64,000 bases of DNA from Gammaproteobacteria bacterium (GTDB lineage: Bacteria > Pseudomonadota > Gammaproteobacteria > CAJXQU01). Location of the stretch: NCBI GenBank assembly GCA_965238175.1, contig CBDEGZ010000003.1, positions 832,001 through 896,000 of the forward strand. The letters are read 5' to 3'. Made by a program: the position numbers and the translations under genes. The notes below the pieces were generated by a model. That model had not been told where the DNA came from and did no database searches. It saw only the letters and a list, made by a program, of their open reading frames with translations. Positions 43,145 through 57,100 of this stretch are shown in pieces; position 1 is the first letter of the stretch; the number at the start of each line of letters is the position of its first letter.

Positions 43145-43170
43145 TATTTATTGCAATTAAGCAATAAGCT

Positions 43171-43200
43171 GGCTGGTGGTTTTTCGCTACCAGCCTTTTT
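43171..43200 (+). terminator. rplL-rpoB attenuator
   Basis: ggctggtgg...ctaccagcc followed by ttttt. Confidence 0.75.
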
Positions 43201-43254
43201 GCGCTTCCATAGCGCTGTTAAGTTTTAACACAGTCTTATTTTTAGAGGACGATC

Positions 43255-46200
43255 ATGGCATATTCATATACTGAGAAAAAGCGAATTCGTAAGGGTTTTG
43301 GACAACAGCAAGCCATTATGGAAGTACCCTATTTACTTGCAACTCAGATTGATTCTTTTCGCAAATTTCTTCAGGCAGAAGCAGATCCAGAGTCGCGCAC
43401 AAATGTAGGTTTACATGCTGCGTTTAAATCTGTATTCCCGATTGTTAGTCATTCAGGTTTTGCGATACTTGAATATGTTAGTTATCGACTCGGTAAACCC
43501 GTTTTTGACGTTAAAGAATGTCAAGTTCGTGGTTTGACTTATGCAGCGTCTTTACGAGTAAAGTGTCGTCTGGTTATTTATGACAAAGAGTCAGGCGCAG
43601 AAAAGAAAGTAAAAGATATTAAAGAACAAGAAGTTTATATGGGTGAACTACCATTGATGACTGATAACGGCACGTTTGTTATTAATGGTACTGAACGGGT
43701 TATCGTTTCTCAGCTACATCGATCACCAGGCGTATTTTTTGATCATGATCGTGGTAAAACGCATTCTTCTGGAAAGCTATTGTTCTCAGCACGTGTGATC
43801 CCATACCGTGGTTCATGGCTCGATTTTGAATTTGATCCAAAAGATTATGTTTACGTACGAATAGATCGTCGACGAAAAATCCCTGCGACGATATTGTTGC
43901 GGGCTCTCGGTTATAACAACGAACAAATCTTGGAAATGTTCTTCGACAATACCGAGTTTAAAGCAGTGAAAGAAGGTTATTCAATGGCGCTTATCTCAGA
44001 GCGGCTGCGAGGCGAAACGTTGTTTTTTGATCTTGTCGATAAAAAAGGCGAAGTTATTGTCGAAGCTGAGAAGAGAATCACTGCACGCCATATAAGACAA
44101 ATTGAAAAGGCTGGTCTGAAAACAATTTCCGTACCAGCGCAGTATTTGATCGAAAAGGTGATGGCTAAAGACATCATTGACACGTCAACGGGCGAATTAA
44201 TCTGTGAAGCAAATGCTGAGATCACTGAAGAATTGCTTGAAAAATTGGCAGAAGCCAAGATCAAAAAGTTCGAAACGATTTATACCAATGAACTTGATCA
44301 AGGTCCCTATATTTCTGATACATTGAAAATTGATCCTAGTAAATCTGATCTTGAAGCACAGGTTGAAATCTATCGAATGATGCGACCAGGTGAGCCACCA
44401 ACCAAAGACTCTGCTGAGAACTTGTTTAATAATTTGTTTTTTACCAGTGATCGGTACGATCTGTCAGCGGTAGGGCGAATGAAATTTAATCGTCGTCTTG
44501 GTAGAAATGAAGTAGAAGGTGAAGGTATTCTTTCTAAAGAAGATATCACCGATGTTTTAACGACATTGATCGATATTAGAAACGGAAATGGAATGGTCGA
44601 TGATATTGATCATTTAGGTAACAGGCGTGTTCGTAGTGTTGGTGAAATGGCGGAGAATCAATTCCGTGTTGGATTGGTTCGTGTAGAACGTGCGGTTAGA
44701 GAACGATTGACACTTGCAGATTCAGAAGGCTACATGCCGCAAGAATTGATTAATGCACGTCCGGTATCTGCAGTTGTTAAAGAGTTTTTCGGTTCAAGCC
44801 AACTTTCGCAGTTTATGGATCAAAATAATCCGTTGTCAGAAGTTACACACAAACGTCGTGTTTCTGCGTTAGGCCCTGGTGGCTTGACTAGAGAACGTGC
44901 TGGTTTTGAGGTACGTGACGTACACCCAACGCATTATGGCCGAGTCTGCCCGATTGAAACGCCAGAGGGTCCAAACATTGGTTTGATCAACTCTTTGGCT
45001 ATTTATGCAAGAACGAATGATTATGGTTTCTTAGAAACTCCATATCGTAAAGTGAAAAATGGCAAAGTGACTGATGATGTTGAATATCTTTCAGCCATTG
45101 AAGAGGGCCAGTTTGTAATCGCTCAAGCGAATGCTCAGACGGATAGTCGAGGTAAGATGATAGAAGATCTGGTTCCGTGTCGTCATTTGAACGAAACAAC
45201 ACTTTCGTCACCTGATAGAGTGGAATATATGGACGTTTCGCCACGTCAAATCGTATCAGTTGCGGCTTCATTAATTCCATTCTTAGAGCATGATGATGCA
45301 AATCGTGCGTTGATGGGTTCAAACATGCAGCGTCAAGCTGTACCTGTTTTGAAAGCTGAGAAACCATTATCAGGGACGGGTATGGAGCTTGCGGTTGCTC
45401 GTGATTCAGGTGTTACTGTTGTTGCATCACGAGGTGGTGTTGTCGATTCGGTAGACGCTAGCCGTATTGTGGTTAGAGTTAATGATAAAGAAACCGAAGC
45501 AGGTGAATCAGGTGTTGATATATACAATCTGACTAAGTATACGCGTTCAAATCAAAACACTTGTATAAATCAGCGGCCACTGGTATCTCTTGGTGATGAA
45601 ATATCCCGAGGTGATGTGCTTGCTGATGGGCCATCTACAGATATGGGTGAGCTTGCACTTGGACAAAATATGTTGGTGGCATTTATGCCATGGAATGGTT
45701 ACAACTTCGAGGATTCGATTTTAATCTCGGAAAGAGTTGTTCAGGAAGATCGTTATACCAGTATTCATATTGAAGAACTTACTTGTGTTGCTCGTGATAC
45801 TAAATTGGGCGCAGAAGAAATTTCTGGTGATATTCCTAATGTCAGCGAAAGTGCGCTTTCGAAGTTGGATGAATCAGGCATCGTTTATATCGGAGCTAAG
45901 GTTCAGCCTGGTGATATTCTGGTTGGTAAAGTGACACCTAAGGGTGAAACACAATTAACTCCAGAAGAAAAACTACTGCGAGCAATTTTTGGTGAGAAAG
46001 CCGCCGATGTTAAAGATACATCATTGCGTGTTGCTTCAGGCAAAAGTGGAACGATCATTGATGTCCAGGTATTTACTCGTGATGGCGTAGCAAAAGATGC
46101 TCGTGCAATTTCGATCGAAAAAACAGAAATGGCGAGAGTTAGACTGGATCTTGATGATCAGCAAAGAATTCTTTTGGAAGACGTTTATCAACGTGTTGAA

Positions 46201-47334
46201 AAATTATTATCAGGTGCGGTTGCAAACAAAGGTCCAAAAGGGCTTAAGAAAGGCACAAAGATCTCTAAGGATTACCTGCAAGATCTAGAAAGAGAAAAAT
46301 GGTTTGAGATTAGTCTTGAAAAAGATAAAGCAAACGAAGAACTCGAAAGTGCCGCTGCCCAAATTGAAGAGCAAAAGATTGCATTTGAAAAATTGTTTGA
46401 AGAAAAACGTATCAAACTAACCAGTGGTGATGATCTTGCTCCTGGTGTACTGAAAATGATCAAGGTTTACATGGCAGTAAGGCGCGTTACTCAACCGGGT
46501 GACAAAATGGCCGGTCGACATGGTAACAAAGGGGTTATTTCTAATATTGTACCTGTAGAAGATATGCCACACATGGAAGATGGTACACCAGTCGATATTG
46601 TTTTGAATCCACTTGGTGTTCCTTCTCGTATGAATATTGGACAAGTGCTAGAAACGCATTTGGGCTGGGCGGCGAAAGGGTTGGGTCTCAAGATTGGAAA
46701 AATGCTTGATGCACAAACGAAGATTGTTGAGCTCAGGAAATTCCTTGATTCGGTATATAACAAAACTGGGAAGCAAGAGGCGCTTAAAGAATTTTCGGAT
46801 CAAGAGGTTTTAACCTTGGCAGGAAACCTTAGAGGCGGTGTACCTATGGCTACGCCAGTATTTGATGGTGCAACTGAAGAAGACATTAAGGATATGCTTG
46901 AATTAGCTGATCTGCCACGAACCGGTCAAATGACACTTTTTGATGGCCAGACTGGTGAAAAATTTGAACGGCCGGTGACTGTTGGATACATGTATATGTT
47001 GAAGCTAAATCATCTTGTAGATGACAAAATGCACGCGCGTTCGACAGGGCCTTACAGCTTAGTAACTCAGCAACCACTGGGTGGTAAAGCTCAATTTGGT
47101 GGGCAGCGTTTTGGTGAAATGGAAGTTTGGGCATTAGAAGCCTACGGCGCATCTTATACTTTACAAGAGATGCTCACCGTTAAGTCGGATGACGTTCAAG
47201 GCAGAACTAAAATGTACAAAAATATTGTTGATGGTAATCACTTTATGGAGGCCGGTATGCCGGAATCATTCAATGTGCTACTGAAAGAGATTAGATCTTT
47301 GAGTATTGATATTGAACTTGAACGCCGCGACTAA
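43255..47334 (+). CDS. rpoB: RNA polymerase beta subunit
   Basis: [45 protein letters not shown]. Confidence 0.99.
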   Translation: MAYSYTEKKRIRKGFGQQQAIMEVPYLLATQIDSFRKFLQAEADPESRTNVGLHAAFKSVFPIVSHSGFAILEYVSYRLGKPVFDVKECQVRGLTYAASLRVKCRLVIYDKESGAEKKVKDIKEQEVYMGELPLMTDNGTFVINGTERVIVSQLHRSPGVFFDHDRGKTHSSGKLLFSARVIPYRGSWLDFEFDPKDYVYVRIDRRRKIPATILLRALGYNNEQILEMFFDNTEFKAVKEGYSMALISERLRGETLFFDLVDKKGEVIVEAEKRITARHIRQIEKAGLKTISVPAQYLIEKVMAKDIIDTSTGELICEANAEITEELLEKLAEAKIKKFETIYTNELDQGPYISDTLKIDPSKSDLEAQVEIYRMMRPGEPPTKDSAENLFNNLFFTSDRYDLSAVGRMKFNRRLGRNEVEGEGILSKEDITDVLTTLIDIRNGNGMVDDIDHLGNRRVRSVGEMAENQFRVGLVRVERAVRERLTLADSEGYMPQELINARPVSAVVKEFFGSSQLSQFMDQNNPLSEVTHKRRVSALGPGGLTRERAGFEVRDVHPTHYGRVCPIETPEGPNIGLINSLAIYARTNDYGFLETPYRKVKNGKVTDDVEYLSAIEEGQFVIAQANAQTDSRGKMIEDLVPCRHLNETTLSSPDRVEYMDVSPRQIVSVAASLIPFLEHDDANRALMGSNMQRQAVPVLKAEKPLSGTGMELAVARDSGVTVVASRGGVVDSVDASRIVVRVNDKETEAGESGVDIYNLTKYTRSNQNTCINQRPLVSLGDEISRGDVLADGPSTDMGELALGQNMLVAFMPWNGYNFEDSILISERVVQEDRYTSIHIEELTCVARDTKLGAEEISGDIPNVSESALSKLDESGIVYIGAKVQPGDILVGKVTPKGETQLTPEEKLLRAIFGEKAADVKDTSLRVASGKSGTIIDVQVFTRDGVAKDARAISIEKTEMARVRLDLDDQQRILLEDVYQRVEKLLSGAVANKGPKGLKKGTKISKDYLQDLEREKWFEISLEKDKANEELESAAAQIEEQKIAFEKLFEEKRIKLTSGDDLAPGVLKMIKVYMAVRRVTQPGDKMAGRHGNKGVISNIVPVEDMPHMEDGTPVDIVLNPLGVPSRMNIGQVLETHLGWAAKGLGLKIGKMLDAQTKIVELRKFLDSVYNKTGKQEALKEFSDQEVLTLAGNLRGGVPMATPVFDGATEEDIKDMLELADLPRTGQMTLFDGQTGEKFERPVTVGYMYMLKLNHLVDDKMHARSTGPYSLVTQQPLGGKAQFGGQRFGEMEVWALEAYGASYTLQEMLTVKSDDVQGRTKMYKNIVDGNHFMEAGMPESFNVLLKEIRSLSIDIELERRD

Positions 47335-47376
47335 GCCCGACTACATAATTTTGGTCCTCAAACTGGAGGCAGTGAC

Positions 47377-50300
47377 TTGAAAGATTTATTAAATTTTCTT
47401 AGACAACAAACTCACGTTGAAGATTTCGATGCGATCAGCATTGGTCTTGCTTCACCGGAGAAGATCCGTTCTTGGTCCTATGGTGAAGTTAAAAAACCAG
47501 AGACGATTAATTATCGTACATTTAAACCAGAGCGTGACGGGTTATTTTGTGCAAAAACATTTGGTCCTGTAAAAGATTTTGAGTGTCTTTGTGGAAAATA
47601 TAAAAGACTTAAACATCGTGGTGTAGTTTGTGAAAAGTGTGGTGTTGAAGTCACACAGGCAAAAGTGCGTCGTGATCGAATGGGTCATATCGATCTCGCA
47701 AGTCCAGTAGCACATATCTGGTTTTTAAAATCGTTACCGTCACGTATGGGTCTTTTATTGGACATGACTTTGAGGGATATCGAACGGATTCTCTATTTTG
47801 AAGCATTTGTGATTGTCGATTCAGGGATGACAGGCTTGGAAGTAGGCCAGCTATTATCTGAAGAGAATTACTTGGAAGCTGTAGAAGAATATGGTGATGA
47901 CTTCACGGCAAAAATGGGTGCGGAAGCCGTTCTTGATCTTTTGAATGATCTTGATCTTAATGAAGAGATAGCAAGTATTCGTGAGGCATTACCTACAACA
48001 AGTTCTGAAACCAAACTCAAAAAGATGACTAAGCGCTTGAAGTTAATGGAAGCGTTTGTACATTCTGGTAATAAACCAGAATGGATGATCTTACGAGTGT
48101 TACCTGTTCTACCACCAGAATTACGACCGCTTGTTCCTTTGGACGGTGGACGTTTTGCTACTTCTGATCTGAATGATTTGTATCGGCGAGTTATTAACCG
48201 AAATAATCGTTTGAAACGCCTTTTAGATCTGAGTGCTCCAGATATTATCGTACGTAACGAAAAGCGTATGTTGCAGGAATCTGTTGATGCGCTTCTTGAT
48301 AATGGACGACGTGGTCGAGCGATTACAGGTACTAACAAACTGCCTCTAAAATCATTGGCAGATATGATCAAAGGTAAGCAGGGTCGTTTCCGTCAAAATT
48401 TGCTTGGAAAGCGTGTGGATTATTCAGGTCGTTCGGTTATCGTTGTTGGTCCAACGTTACGTTTACATCAATGTGGTCTACCTAAAAAAATGGCGCTTGA
48501 GTTGTTCAAACCATTTATTTTTAGCAAGCTCGAAAGGTTGGGTATTGCGACAACAATCAAGGCTGCCAAGAAAACTGTAGAACGTGAAGGGCCAGAAGTA
48601 TGGGACATTTTAGAAGATGTGATCCGCGAGCATCCGGTCATGTTGAATCGAGCTCCCACTCTACATAGATTAGGCATTCAAGCATTTGAACCAATATTGA
48701 TTGAAGGGAAAGCAATACAGCTTCACCCATTGGTTTGTACTGCGTTTAACGCTGATTTTGACGGTGACCAAATGGCTGTCCATGTACCTTTGTCTATTGA
48801 AGCACAGCTTGAAGCTCGAACGTTGATGATGTCGACCAATAATGTATTGTCGCCTGCGAACGGTGAACCGATTATTGTTCCTTCGCAAGATGTTGTACTT
48901 GGCCTTTACTATATGACTCGTGAATCTATTAACGCTAAGGGTGAAGGTATGATCTTTTCTGATCTTGCCGAAGTTGTTCGTGCTTATGAATCTCACGCAG
49001 TTGGTATTCACGCCAAAGTTAAAGTTCGAATAGAAGAAGTTCAGTTTGTAGCTGGCGAACGTAAGACAACTAGACGTATTGTCGATACAACTATCGGTAG
49101 AGCAATGTTGTCAGAAATTTTACCTGAAGGTCTTTCTTTTGACCTTGTAAATCGTGAGATGAACAAGAAAGCAATTTCGAATTTGATCAACAGTTGTTAT
49201 CGTGAGTTGGAAGTTAAAGACACAGTCGTCTTTGCTGATAAGTTGATGTATAAAGGTTTTAAAATGGCAACACGATCGGGTGTTTCAATTGGCATTGAAG
49301 ACATGGTTGTACCATCTACAAAACCAGAAATTATGGCACAAGCTGAAGCAGGTGTTCGTGAAATTGAAGATCAGTATGCAAACGGTCTTGTGACGAATGG
49401 TGAGCGATATAACAAGGTTGTTGATATTTGGTCTCATACTAATGATAAAGTTGCTAAAGCAATGATGGATGAGTTGGGATCAGAAACTGTTATTGATAGA
49501 GAAGGAAACGGTGTTAGTCAGGCTTCCTTTAACTCTATTTATATGATGGCTGATTCTGGTGCTCGTGGTTCCGCAGCACAGATTAGACAGTTGGCTGGTA
49601 TGCGTGGTCTTATGGCTAAACCTGATGGATCAATTATCGAAACACCTATTAAGGCAAATTTCCGGGAAGGACTCGATGTTTTGCAGTACTTCATATCTAC
49701 TCACGGTGCTCGAAAAGGCCTTGCTGATACCGCACTGAAAACAGCTAACTCAGGTTATTTAACACGTCGCTTAGTTGATGTTGCTCAAGATTTGGTTGTC
49801 ACTGAACCGGATTGTGGAACTGCAGATGGTATTGAAATGATTCCAATCATTGAAGGTGGTGATGTTGTAGAGCCACTACGTGAACGAGTGCTCGGACGAG
49901 TGGTTGCTGAAGACGTATACAAACCTGGTGGCGATGTGCTTGTTGCTGAACGAGGCGTACTATTAGATGAAGCATGGCTTGATAGGCTTGAGGAAAATAG
50001 CATTGATCAAATTAAGGTTAGATCAGCAATTACCTGCAAAACACATTACGGTGTATGTCAAGCTTGCTATGGCAGAGATCTTGCCCGCGGGAATGTAGTG
50101 AATATTGGTGAGGCTGTTGGGGTTATGGCAGCTCAATCAATTGGTGAGCCTGGTACACAGCTTACTATGCGTACTTTCCACATTGGTGGAGCTGCTTCTA
50201 GAGCAGCTGCAGTTAATAGTATCGAAGTAAAATCAAAAGGTAGTGTAAAACTCCATAACATCAAGCTTCTTGAGCGTGCTGATGGTAAATCTGTAACGGT

Positions 50301-51600
50301 TTCACGATCAGGAGGCCTTGCTGTAATCGATGAAAATGGTCGAGAAAAAGAACGTTATAAGGTTCCATATGGTGCAGAGCTGTCGATCAAAGACGGCGGT
50401 GAAATAGAGGCTGGTCAAGTTGTAGCTAACTGGGATCCGCATACTCATCCAGTTATTACAGAGGTAAAAGGTGTCGTTATATTCAGTGATATTATAGAAG
50501 GTTCAACGGTTGTCCGTGAAGTTGATGATATCACTGGAATGACCAGCTTGGTTATTACTGATCCAAAACAACGTGCTACAAGCACAAAAGATCTGAAACC
50601 TACGGTTAAATTAGTAGATGGGAAAGGAAAAGATCTAATGATACCGGGGACGAAAATCCCTGCTCATTATCCACTGCCAGCAAATGCTGTCATTGTTGTT
50701 TCTGAAAAGGGTGAAGTTAATGTAGGTGATGTTATTGCCCGCTTACCACAAGAGTCTGCTAAAACGCGTGATATAACCGGTGGATTACCAAGAGTTGCAG
50801 ATCTGTTTGAAGCAAGAAAACCTAAAGAACCTGCTATTCTTGCTGAAGCTACAGGTACAGTTAGTTTTGGTAAGGAAACAAAGGGTAAACAACGTCTAGT
50901 GATTACCGATTCCGAGGGCGATCAAAATGAAACGTTGATACCTAAATGGCGTCACGTTAATGTCTTTGAAGGAGAGCATGTTGAACGAGGTGAAGGTATT
51001 GTAGACGGTGCTTCTGATGCACACGATATACTCAGACTGAAAGGTATTTTACCATTGACTGAATACATCGTTAATGAGGTTCAGGACGTTTATCGCCTTC
51101 AGGGTGTAAAAATCAATGACAAGCATATAGAAGTTATTGTTCGTCAAATGCTGAGAAAGGTTGAGATTGAGGCTTCTGGTGATAGTCGTTATTTGAAAGG
51201 TGAACAGATAGAGAAAGAGGCTATTTTAATAGAGAACGAGACAATGGTAGCCGAAGGCAAAGAACCAGCTGTGTGGCAGCAACTCTTGCTTGGTATCACG
51301 AAGGCATCACTTGCAACAGAGTCATTTATTTCTGCTGCATCCTTTCAGGAAACCACCCGAGTCCTTACTGAGGCTTCTGTTACAGGAAAAAGTGATGAAC
51401 TGCGTGGCTTAAAAGAAAACGTTATTGTTGGGCGTTTAATACCTGCTGGGACGGGTTATGCATACCATCAAGAGCGACGTAAAAAACGTATTGATGAATT
51501 GCTTAACCTATCGGATATAGGTGATCTGGCTATTGCTAGCGATGTTACTGGTGGAATGGTATCAGACGGTGATACGGATTCAGCCATGACAGGATCATAG
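47377..51600 (+). CDS. rpoC: RNA polymerase beta' subunit
   Basis: TTG start, NADFDGDQM catalytic motif, SFQETTRVL. Confidence 0.99.
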   Translation: MKDLLNFLRQQTHVEDFDAISIGLASPEKIRSWSYGEVKKPETINYRTFKPERDGLFCAKTFGPVKDFECLCGKYKRLKHRGVVCEKCGVEVTQAKVRRDRMGHIDLASPVAHIWFLKSLPSRMGLLLDMTLRDIERILYFEAFVIVDSGMTGLEVGQLLSEENYLEAVEEYGDDFTAKMGAEAVLDLLNDLDLNEEIASIREALPTTSSETKLKKMTKRLKLMEAFVHSGNKPEWMILRVLPVLPPELRPLVPLDGGRFATSDLNDLYRRVINRNNRLKRLLDLSAPDIIVRNEKRMLQESVDALLDNGRRGRAITGTNKLPLKSLADMIKGKQGRFRQNLLGKRVDYSGRSVIVVGPTLRLHQCGLPKKMALELFKPFIFSKLERLGIATTIKAAKKTVEREGPEVWDILEDVIREHPVMLNRAPTLHRLGIQAFEPILIEGKAIQLHPLVCTAFNADFDGDQMAVHVPLSIEAQLEARTLMMSTNNVLSPANGEPIIVPSQDVVLGLYYMTRESINAKGEGMIFSDLAEVVRAYESHAVGIHAKVKVRIEEVQFVAGERKTTRRIVDTTIGRAMLSEILPEGLSFDLVNREMNKKAISNLINSCYRELEVKDTVVFADKLMYKGFKMATRSGVSIGIEDMVVPSTKPEIMAQAEAGVREIEDQYANGLVTNGERYNKVVDIWSHTNDKVAKAMMDELGSETVIDREGNGVSQASFNSIYMMADSGARGSAAQIRQLAGMRGLMAKPDGSIIETPIKANFREGLDVLQYFISTHGARKGLADTALKTANSGYLTRRLVDVAQDLVVTEPDCGTADGIEMIPIIEGGDVVEPLRERVLGRVVAEDVYKPGGDVLVAERGVLLDEAWLDRLEENSIDQIKVRSAITCKTHYGVCQACYGRDLARGNVVNIGEAVGVMAAQSIGEPGTQLTMRTFHIGGAASRAAAVNSIEVKSKGSVKLHNIKLLERADGKSVTVSRSGGLAVIDENGREKERYKVPYGAELSIKDGGEIEAGQVVANWDPHTHPVITEVKGVVIFSDIIEGSTVVREVDDITGMTSLVITDPKQRATSTKDLKPTVKLVDGKGKDLMIPGTKIPAHYPLPANAVIVVSEKGEVNVGDVIARLPQESAKTRDITGGLPRVADLFEARKPKEPAILAEATGTVSFGKETKGKQRLVITDSEGDQNETLIPKWRHVNVFEGEHVERGEGIVDGASDAHDILRLKGILPLTEYIVNEVQDVYRLQGVKINDKHIEVIVRQMLRKVEIEASGDSRYLKGEQIEKEAILIENETMVAEGKEPAVWQQLLLGITKASLATESFISAASFQETTRVLTEASVTGKSDELRGLKENVIVGRLIPAGTGYAYHQERRKKRIDELLNLSDIGDLAIASDVTGGMVSDGDTDSAMTGS

Positions 51601-51637
51601 AAATACCGGTCAACTGAAAAAATAATTGACGTTGGCC

Positions 51638-51666
51638 TTGACAGGGGAAGGTAAGAAAAATACAAT
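51638..51666 (+). promoter_or_regulatory. Sigma70 promoter of the str operon
   Basis: TTGACA-17 nt-TACAAT followed by a tccgcc discriminator. Confidence 0.8.
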
Positions 51667-51821
51667 TCCGCCTCTTTGTTGACAGGGCATTATTTAATGC
51701 TTGGTCAGATGTATATAGACCATCGAAAGAATGTTGTGTAGCCATCATTATTTCGGTGGTTATTTTTTGTCTGATGACATTATATATACGTGTTATTTGG
51801 CATATGTGAAAGGATATTTGG

Positions 51822-52196
51822 ATGACAACTATTAATCAGCTAGTCAGGAATCCGCGCAAGCGGCAACGGGTAAAAAGTAATGTGCCTGCTTTGGAGAGCT
51901 GTCCGCAGAAAAGAGGGGTGTGCACTCGTGTATATACAACGACACCTAAGAAGCCTAATTCTGCGATGAGAAAAGTTGCTCGTGTAAGACTTACTAACGG
52001 GCATGAAGTTACAACGTACATTGGTGGTGAAGGGCATAATTTGCAAGAACATTCAGTAATACTTATTCGAGGTGGTCGTGTGAAAGATTTGCCTGGCGTG
52101 CGATACCACACAGTTCGTGGAACACTTGATACTTCTGGTGTGGCTGATCGTAAGAAGGGGCGCTCTAAGTATGGTACCAAGCGTCCTAAGTCTTAA
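51822..52196 (+). CDS. rpsL: 30S ribosomal protein S12
   Basis: [20 protein letters not shown]. Confidence 0.99.
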   Translation: MTTINQLVRNPRKRQRVKSNVPALESCPQKRGVCTRVYTTTPKKPNSAMRKVARVRLTNGHEVTTYIGGEGHNLQEHSVILIRGGRVKDLPGVRYHTVRGTLDTSGVADRKKGRSKYGTKRPKS

Positions 52197-52250
52197 ACTA
52201 CAAACATAAAGAAAAATGAAGTAGTAAATTAAAGAGAAAGTAAATTAACC

Positions 52251-52721
52251 ATGTCTAGAAGAAGAGCTGCTGATAAAAGAACGATACTGCCTGATCCAAA
52301 ATTTGGAGATGAAACGCTTGCGAAATTTGTGAATATGGTAATGAAGGATGGCAAAAAATCAACAGCTGAAAAGATTGTTTATGGAGCACTAGATAAGATG
52401 AAGGACAAAGGTTTGAACGAACCTTTAGAAGCATTTGGGACTGCTTTAGAAAATATACGGCCACGCGTCGAAGTTAAATCTCGCCGTGTTGGTGGCGCAA
52501 CTTATCAGGTGCCTGTTGAAGTGCGTGCAAACCGCCGTACTGCGTTAGCAATGCGTTGGTTGGTCGAGGCTGCTCGGAAACGAGGAGAGCAAACAATGGG
52601 GCTTCGAATTGCAGGTGAGTTGATGGATGCATACGAAAATCGCGGTAATGCAGTAAAGAAAAAAGAAGATACGCACCGTATGGCTGAGGCAAACAGGGCT
52701 TTCTCCCATTTTCGCTGGTGA
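52251..52721 (+). CDS. rpsG: 30S ribosomal protein S7
   Basis: [22 protein letters not shown]. Confidence 0.99.
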   Translation: MSRRRAADKRTILPDPKFGDETLAKFVNMVMKDGKKSTAEKIVYGALDKMKDKGLNEPLEAFGTALENIRPRVEVKSRRVGGATYQVPVEVRANRRTALAMRWLVEAARKRGEQTMGLRIAGELMDAYENRGNAVKKKEDTHRMAEANRAFSHFRW

Positions 52722-52745
52722 TATTGTTGTAAGAGGGGTTTTCCT

Positions 52746-54848
52746 GTGGCACGTACCACTCCTATAGAACGTTATCGTAACGTTGGCATCATGGCTCATA
52801 TTGATGCAGGAAAAACGACGACGACGGAGAGGGTGCTTTTTTATACTGGGATATCTCATAAAATTGGTGAGGTTCATGATGGCGCTGCTGTCATGGATTG
52901 GATGGAACAAGAGCAAGAGCGTGGGATTACAATCACCTCTGCTGCAACAACCTGCTTTTGGCGGGGTATGGATAAGGGTTTTGATGAGCACCGTATAAAT
53001 ATCATCGATACTCCTGGGCATGTCGATTTTACTATTGAGGTAGAGAGATCGCTCAGAGTGCTTGATGGCGCGGTCGCTGTTTTTTGTGCTGTGGGTGGTG
53101 TTGAGCCACAGTCTGAAACGGTGTGGAGACAAGCCAATAAATATCAAGTGCCTCGAATGGCATTTGTAAATAAGATGGACAGGGCAGGAGCGGATTTCCT
53201 GAGAGTGGTTGATCAAATAAATGGCCGCTTAGGTAGCAGCCCAGTTTGTTTACAATTGCCAATAGGTGCTGAAGAAAATTTTGAAGGGGTTGTAGACCTC
53301 ATTAAAATGAAAGCGCTGTATTGGGATGAGGCGACTCAAGGCACACGATTTGAAGAGCAAGAAATTCCTGATGCTATGCAGGAAGAATGTTCCAGCAAGC
53401 GTGAGCTTTTGGTAGAGGCTGCGGCAGAAGCTTTTGATAGTTTGATGGAAAAGTATCTGGAAGGTGAAGATCTTACAGACGCAGAAATCAAAAAAGGCCT
53501 TCGAGCTAGAACACTAAAGAATGAAATAGTTCTGGTTTGCTGCGGATCGGCCTTTAAGAATAAGGGTGTTCAAGCAATGTTGGATGCCATAGTAGAGTAC
53601 ATGCCATCTCCAATTGATGTGCCGGCAATAAAAGGCATAGTAGATGGTAAGGAAGAGAATGAGGTAGAGCGACCCGCTGACGATGAAGCACCATTCGCAG
53701 CATTAGCTTTTAAGATTGCGACAGATTCGTTTGTTGGAACCCTAACTTTTTTTAGGGTTTATTCGGGTGTGTTGCAAACTGGGGATACAGTTTGCAATCC
53801 AATTAAAGGAAGGAAGGAAAGAATTGGCCGTATCCTGCAAATGCACGCCAATAGTCGTGAAGAGATTAAAGAGGTTCGGGCTGGCGATATAGCAGCTGCT
53901 GTAGGTTTGAAAGATGTAACAACGGGTGAGACCTTATGTGATATTAAGGAATCTATAACGTTGGAGCGTATGGAGTTTCCAGATCCTGTGATTTCGGTTG
54001 CAGTAGAGCCAAGAACAAAGGCCGATCAGGAAAAGATGGGTGTTGCATTAACTAAGTTAGCGCAAGAGGATCCATCGTTTAGAGTTAAGACTGACGAAGA
54101 ATCAGGGCAAACAATAATTTCAGGTATGGGTGAGTTGCATCTTGATATTATCGTCGACCGTATGGAGCGAGAGTTTGGTGTTGAGGCAAATATTGGTAAG
54201 CCTCAAGTTACCTACCGAGAAACTATACGAGAAGTAGTCGAGAAGGCTGAAGGTAAATTTGTTCGACAGTCTGGAGGTAGAGGCCAATATGGTCATGTAG
54301 TTTTTAAAATCGAGCCTGGTGAATTAGATTCTGGTTTTGATTTTGTAAACGATATAGTTGGTGGATCTGTACCCAAGGAATTTATTCCTGCTGTAGAAAA
54401 AGGGGTCCGAGAACAGATAGGAAACGGAGTTGTTGCTGGATATCCAATGGTTGATATCAAAGTAACACTCTACGATGGTTCTTATCATGATGTTGACTCG
54501 TCAGAAATGGCATTTAAAGTAGCTGGATCTATGGGGTTTAAAGAAGGGGTTACTAATGCAAGGCCTGTACTTTTAGAGCCGGTTATGAAAGTTGAAGTTG
54601 TTACTCCAGAAGAATATTTGGGGTCAGTGAATGGCGATTTAAACCGTCGTCGTGGAATATTGCAGGGTACGGAAGACAGTCCCTCGGGTAAGAATATTAG
54701 AGTTGAAGTTCCACTGAGTGAGATGTTTGGGTATGCAACAGCACTCAGGTCATCCACGCAGGGTAGGGCAACCTATTCGATGGAATTTGCTCGTTATGTG
54801 GAGGCTCCTCGAAATATCGCGGATGCAGTGATAAACCAATATAGTTAA
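52746..54848 (+). CDS. fusA: Elongation factor G
   Basis: [33 protein letters not shown]. Confidence 0.99.
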   Translation: MARTTPIERYRNVGIMAHIDAGKTTTTERVLFYTGISHKIGEVHDGAAVMDWMEQEQERGITITSAATTCFWRGMDKGFDEHRINIIDTPGHVDFTIEVERSLRVLDGAVAVFCAVGGVEPQSETVWRQANKYQVPRMAFVNKMDRAGADFLRVVDQINGRLGSSPVCLQLPIGAEENFEGVVDLIKMKALYWDEATQGTRFEEQEIPDAMQEECSSKRELLVEAAAEAFDSLMEKYLEGEDLTDAEIKKGLRARTLKNEIVLVCCGSAFKNKGVQAMLDAIVEYMPSPIDVPAIKGIVDGKEENEVERPADDEAPFAALAFKIATDSFVGTLTFFRVYSGVLQTGDTVCNPIKGRKERIGRILQMHANSREEIKEVRAGDIAAAVGLKDVTTGETLCDIKESITLERMEFPDPVISVAVEPRTKADQEKMGVALTKLAQEDPSFRVKTDEESGQTIISGMGELHLDIIVDRMEREFGVEANIGKPQVTYRETIREVVEKAEGKFVRQSGGRGQYGHVVFKIEPGELDSGFDFVNDIVGGSVPKEFIPAVEKGVREQIGNGVVAGYPMVDIKVTLYDGSYHDVDSSEMAFKVAGSMGFKEGVTNARPVLLEPVMKVEVVTPEEYLGSVNGDLNRRRGILQGTEDSPSGKNIRVEVPLSEMFGYATALRSSTQGRATYSMEFARYVEAPRNIADAVINQYS

Positions 54849-54896
54849 AAGATTTTGAAATTAAATTAATTGAGAGAATGAAAAGGGGTACCTGAC

Positions 54897-56087
54897 GTGT
54901 CTAAGGAAAAATTTGAACGAACGAAACCACACGTAAACGTCGGAACAATCGGCCACGTAGATCATGGCAAGACGACGTTAACGGCGGCGATAACGACGCA
55001 TCAAGCGAGCAAATTTGGTGGCGAAACTAAAGCATACGATCAAATCGACAACGCCCCTGAAGAACGAGAACGGGGTATTACTATCGCAACGGCGCATGTG
55101 GAATACGAAAGTGAAAATCGACACTATGCCCATGTAGATTGCCCGGGACATGCGGATTACGTCAAAAACATGATCACCGGCGCGGCGCAAATGGACGGCG
55201 CAATCCTTGTATGTTCAGCGGCCGATGGCCCAATGCCGCAAACGCGAGAACATATCCTATTGTCACGCCAGGTAGGTGTACCTTACATTCTTGTGTACAT
55301 GAACAAAGCCGACATGGTCGATGACGAAGAACTGATCGAACTGGTCGAAATGGAAATCCGAGAACTCCTCGACAGCTATGACTTTCCTGGAGATGACACG
55401 CCAATTATTATAGGCTCTGCGCTGAAAGCCCTAGAAGGCGACAGCAGTGACATCGGTACACCGTCAATAGACAAACTGGTTGAAGCACTCGACAGCTACA
55501 TCCCTGAGCCGGAACGTGCGGTAGACGGCGCCTTCATCATGCCGATAGAAGACGTGTTCTCTATTTCAGGCCGGGGTACAGTAGTGACCGGGCGAATCGA
55601 ACGGGGGATAGTTCACGTTGGTGATGAAATAGAAATCGTAGGTATCAAAGACACCCAAATAACGACGTGTACCGGTGTTGAAATGTTCCGCAAACTACTC
55701 GACGAAGGTCAGGCAGGCGACAACGTTGGCGTACTGCTTCGCGGTACAAAACGTGAAGAAGTGGAACGAGGTCAGGTATTAGCTGCCAAAGGCTCAATCA
55801 ACCCTCATACTCACTTTGAAGCAGAGCTTTATATCTTGTCAAAAGATGAGGGAGGCCGACACACGCCCTTTTTCAACAACTACCGACCCCAGTTTTACTT
55901 CCGTACGACAGACGTAACGGGGGCCTGTGAATTACCTGAAGGAACTGAAATGGTGATGCCGGGTGACAATGTGAAGATGACGATTAAATTAATCGCTCCG
56001 ATAGCGATGGATGAGGGATTACGCTTTGCTATCCGTGAAGGTGGCCGTACTGTGGGTGCGGGTGTTGTTGCTAAGGTTATTGAGTGA
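54897..56087 (+). CDS. tuf: Elongation factor Tu (tufA position)
   Basis: Protein identical to 38340..39530; GTG start. Confidence 0.99.
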   Translation: MSKEKFERTKPHVNVGTIGHVDHGKTTLTAAITTHQASKFGGETKAYDQIDNAPEERERGITIATAHVEYESENRHYAHVDCPGHADYVKNMITGAAQMDGAILVCSAADGPMPQTREHILLSRQVGVPYILVYMNKADMVDDEELIELVEMEIRELLDSYDFPGDDTPIIIGSALKALEGDSSDIGTPSIDKLVEALDSYIPEPERAVDGAFIMPIEDVFSISGRGTVVTGRIERGIVHVGDEIEIVGIKDTQITTCTGVEMFRKLLDEGQAGDNVGVLLRGTKREEVERGQVLAAKGSINPHTHFEAELYILSKDEGGRHTPFFNNYRPQFYFRTTDVTGACELPEGTEMVMPGDNVKMTIKLIAPIAMDEGLRFAIREGGRTVGAGVVAKVIE

Positions 56088-56118
56088 TCATGACTAGAAT
56101 TGGAATAGGTAAAGGAAA

Positions 56119-56430
56119 ATGAGTGATCAAGTCATCAGAATTCGGCTCAAAGCGTTCGATCATCGTTTGATCGATGTTTCAACTAAGGAGATTATTGAAA
56201 CAGCGAAACGTACTGGGGCACAGGTGAAAGGTCCAATTCCTTTACCAACGAAAAAAGAACGTTTTACAATTTTGATCTCGCCACATGTAAATAAAGATGC
56301 TCGTGATCAATATGAAATAAGGACACACAAGCGGCTGCTAGATATCGTTAGCCCAACTGAAAAAACAGTTGACGCTTTAATGAAACTAGATCTTGCTGCT
56401 GGTGTAGATGTCCAGATTAAATTGAACTGA
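56119..56430 (+). CDS. rpsJ: 30S ribosomal protein S10
   Basis: [27 protein letters not shown]. Confidence 0.99.
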   Translation: MSDQVIRIRLKAFDHRLIDVSTKEIIETAKRTGAQVKGPIPLPTKKERFTILISPHVNKDARDQYEIRTHKRLLDIVSPTEKTVDALMKLDLAAGVDVQIKLN

Positions 56431-56450
56431 TAGATAGAAGGTTAAAGAAA

Positions 56451-57089
56451 ATGTCACTTGGATTAGTAGGGCAAAAACGAGGAATGACGCGTATTTTCAC
56501 AGAGGACGGAGTGTCGGTTCCTGTGACAGTCATTGAAGTTGAGCCAAATAGAGTTACCCAAATTAAGTCGACTGAAGCCGATGGATATCGTGCTGTTCAA
56601 GTTACTACTGGATCAAAACACAGGAATCGTTTGGATAAATCACAAGCAGGAATTTATGCTAAAGCAGGCACCGATACAGGTCGTGGTTTATGGGAGTTTA
56701 GACTAGGTGAAGGCGAAGCAGAAGAGCTTAAATCTGGTGAGGAAATTAAGCTTGATATTTTCGAGCAAGGTCAGAAAGTTGATGTTATAGGAACGACGAT
56801 TGGTAAAGGTTACGCAGGAGTTATAAAGCGACATAACTTTTCAATGCAAGATGCTACTCATGGTAATTCACTTGCGCATCGTCTTCCAGGTTCTATAGGG
56901 CAATGTCAAACACCTGGGCGTGTTTTAAAAGGCAAGAAAATGTCAGGTCATATGGGGAATGCAAGGCGTACTATGCAAAACCTTGAGATTGTAAGAATAG
57001 ATGTTGAAAAAAATATTTTGCTTGTCAAAGGGGCGGTTCCCGGAGCTAAAGGTGGTGACTTGTTAATCAAGCACACCACACGTGTTTAA
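56451..57089 (+). CDS. rplC: 50S ribosomal protein L3
   Basis: [25 protein letters not shown]. Confidence 0.98.
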   Translation: MSLGLVGQKRGMTRIFTEDGVSVPVTVIEVEPNRVTQIKSTEADGYRAVQVTTGSKHRNRLDKSQAGIYAKAGTDTGRGLWEFRLGEGEAEELKSGEEIKLDIFEQGQKVDVIGTTIGKGYAGVIKRHNFSMQDATHGNSLAHRLPGSIGQCQTPGRVLKGKKMSGHMGNARRTMQNLEIVRIDVEKNILLVKGAVPGAKGGDLLIKHTTRV

Positions 57090-57100
57090 GGAAACTAGAG

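Noticed and set aside
44770-44890. Rifampicin-resistance changes in RpoB cluster I
   Set aside because: The sequence [26 protein letters not shown] matches the sensitive consensus at the key positions.
38340-56087. 1.2 kb direct repeat as the boundary of a mobile island
   Set aside because: The repeats are the standard tufA/tufB duplication around essential genes.
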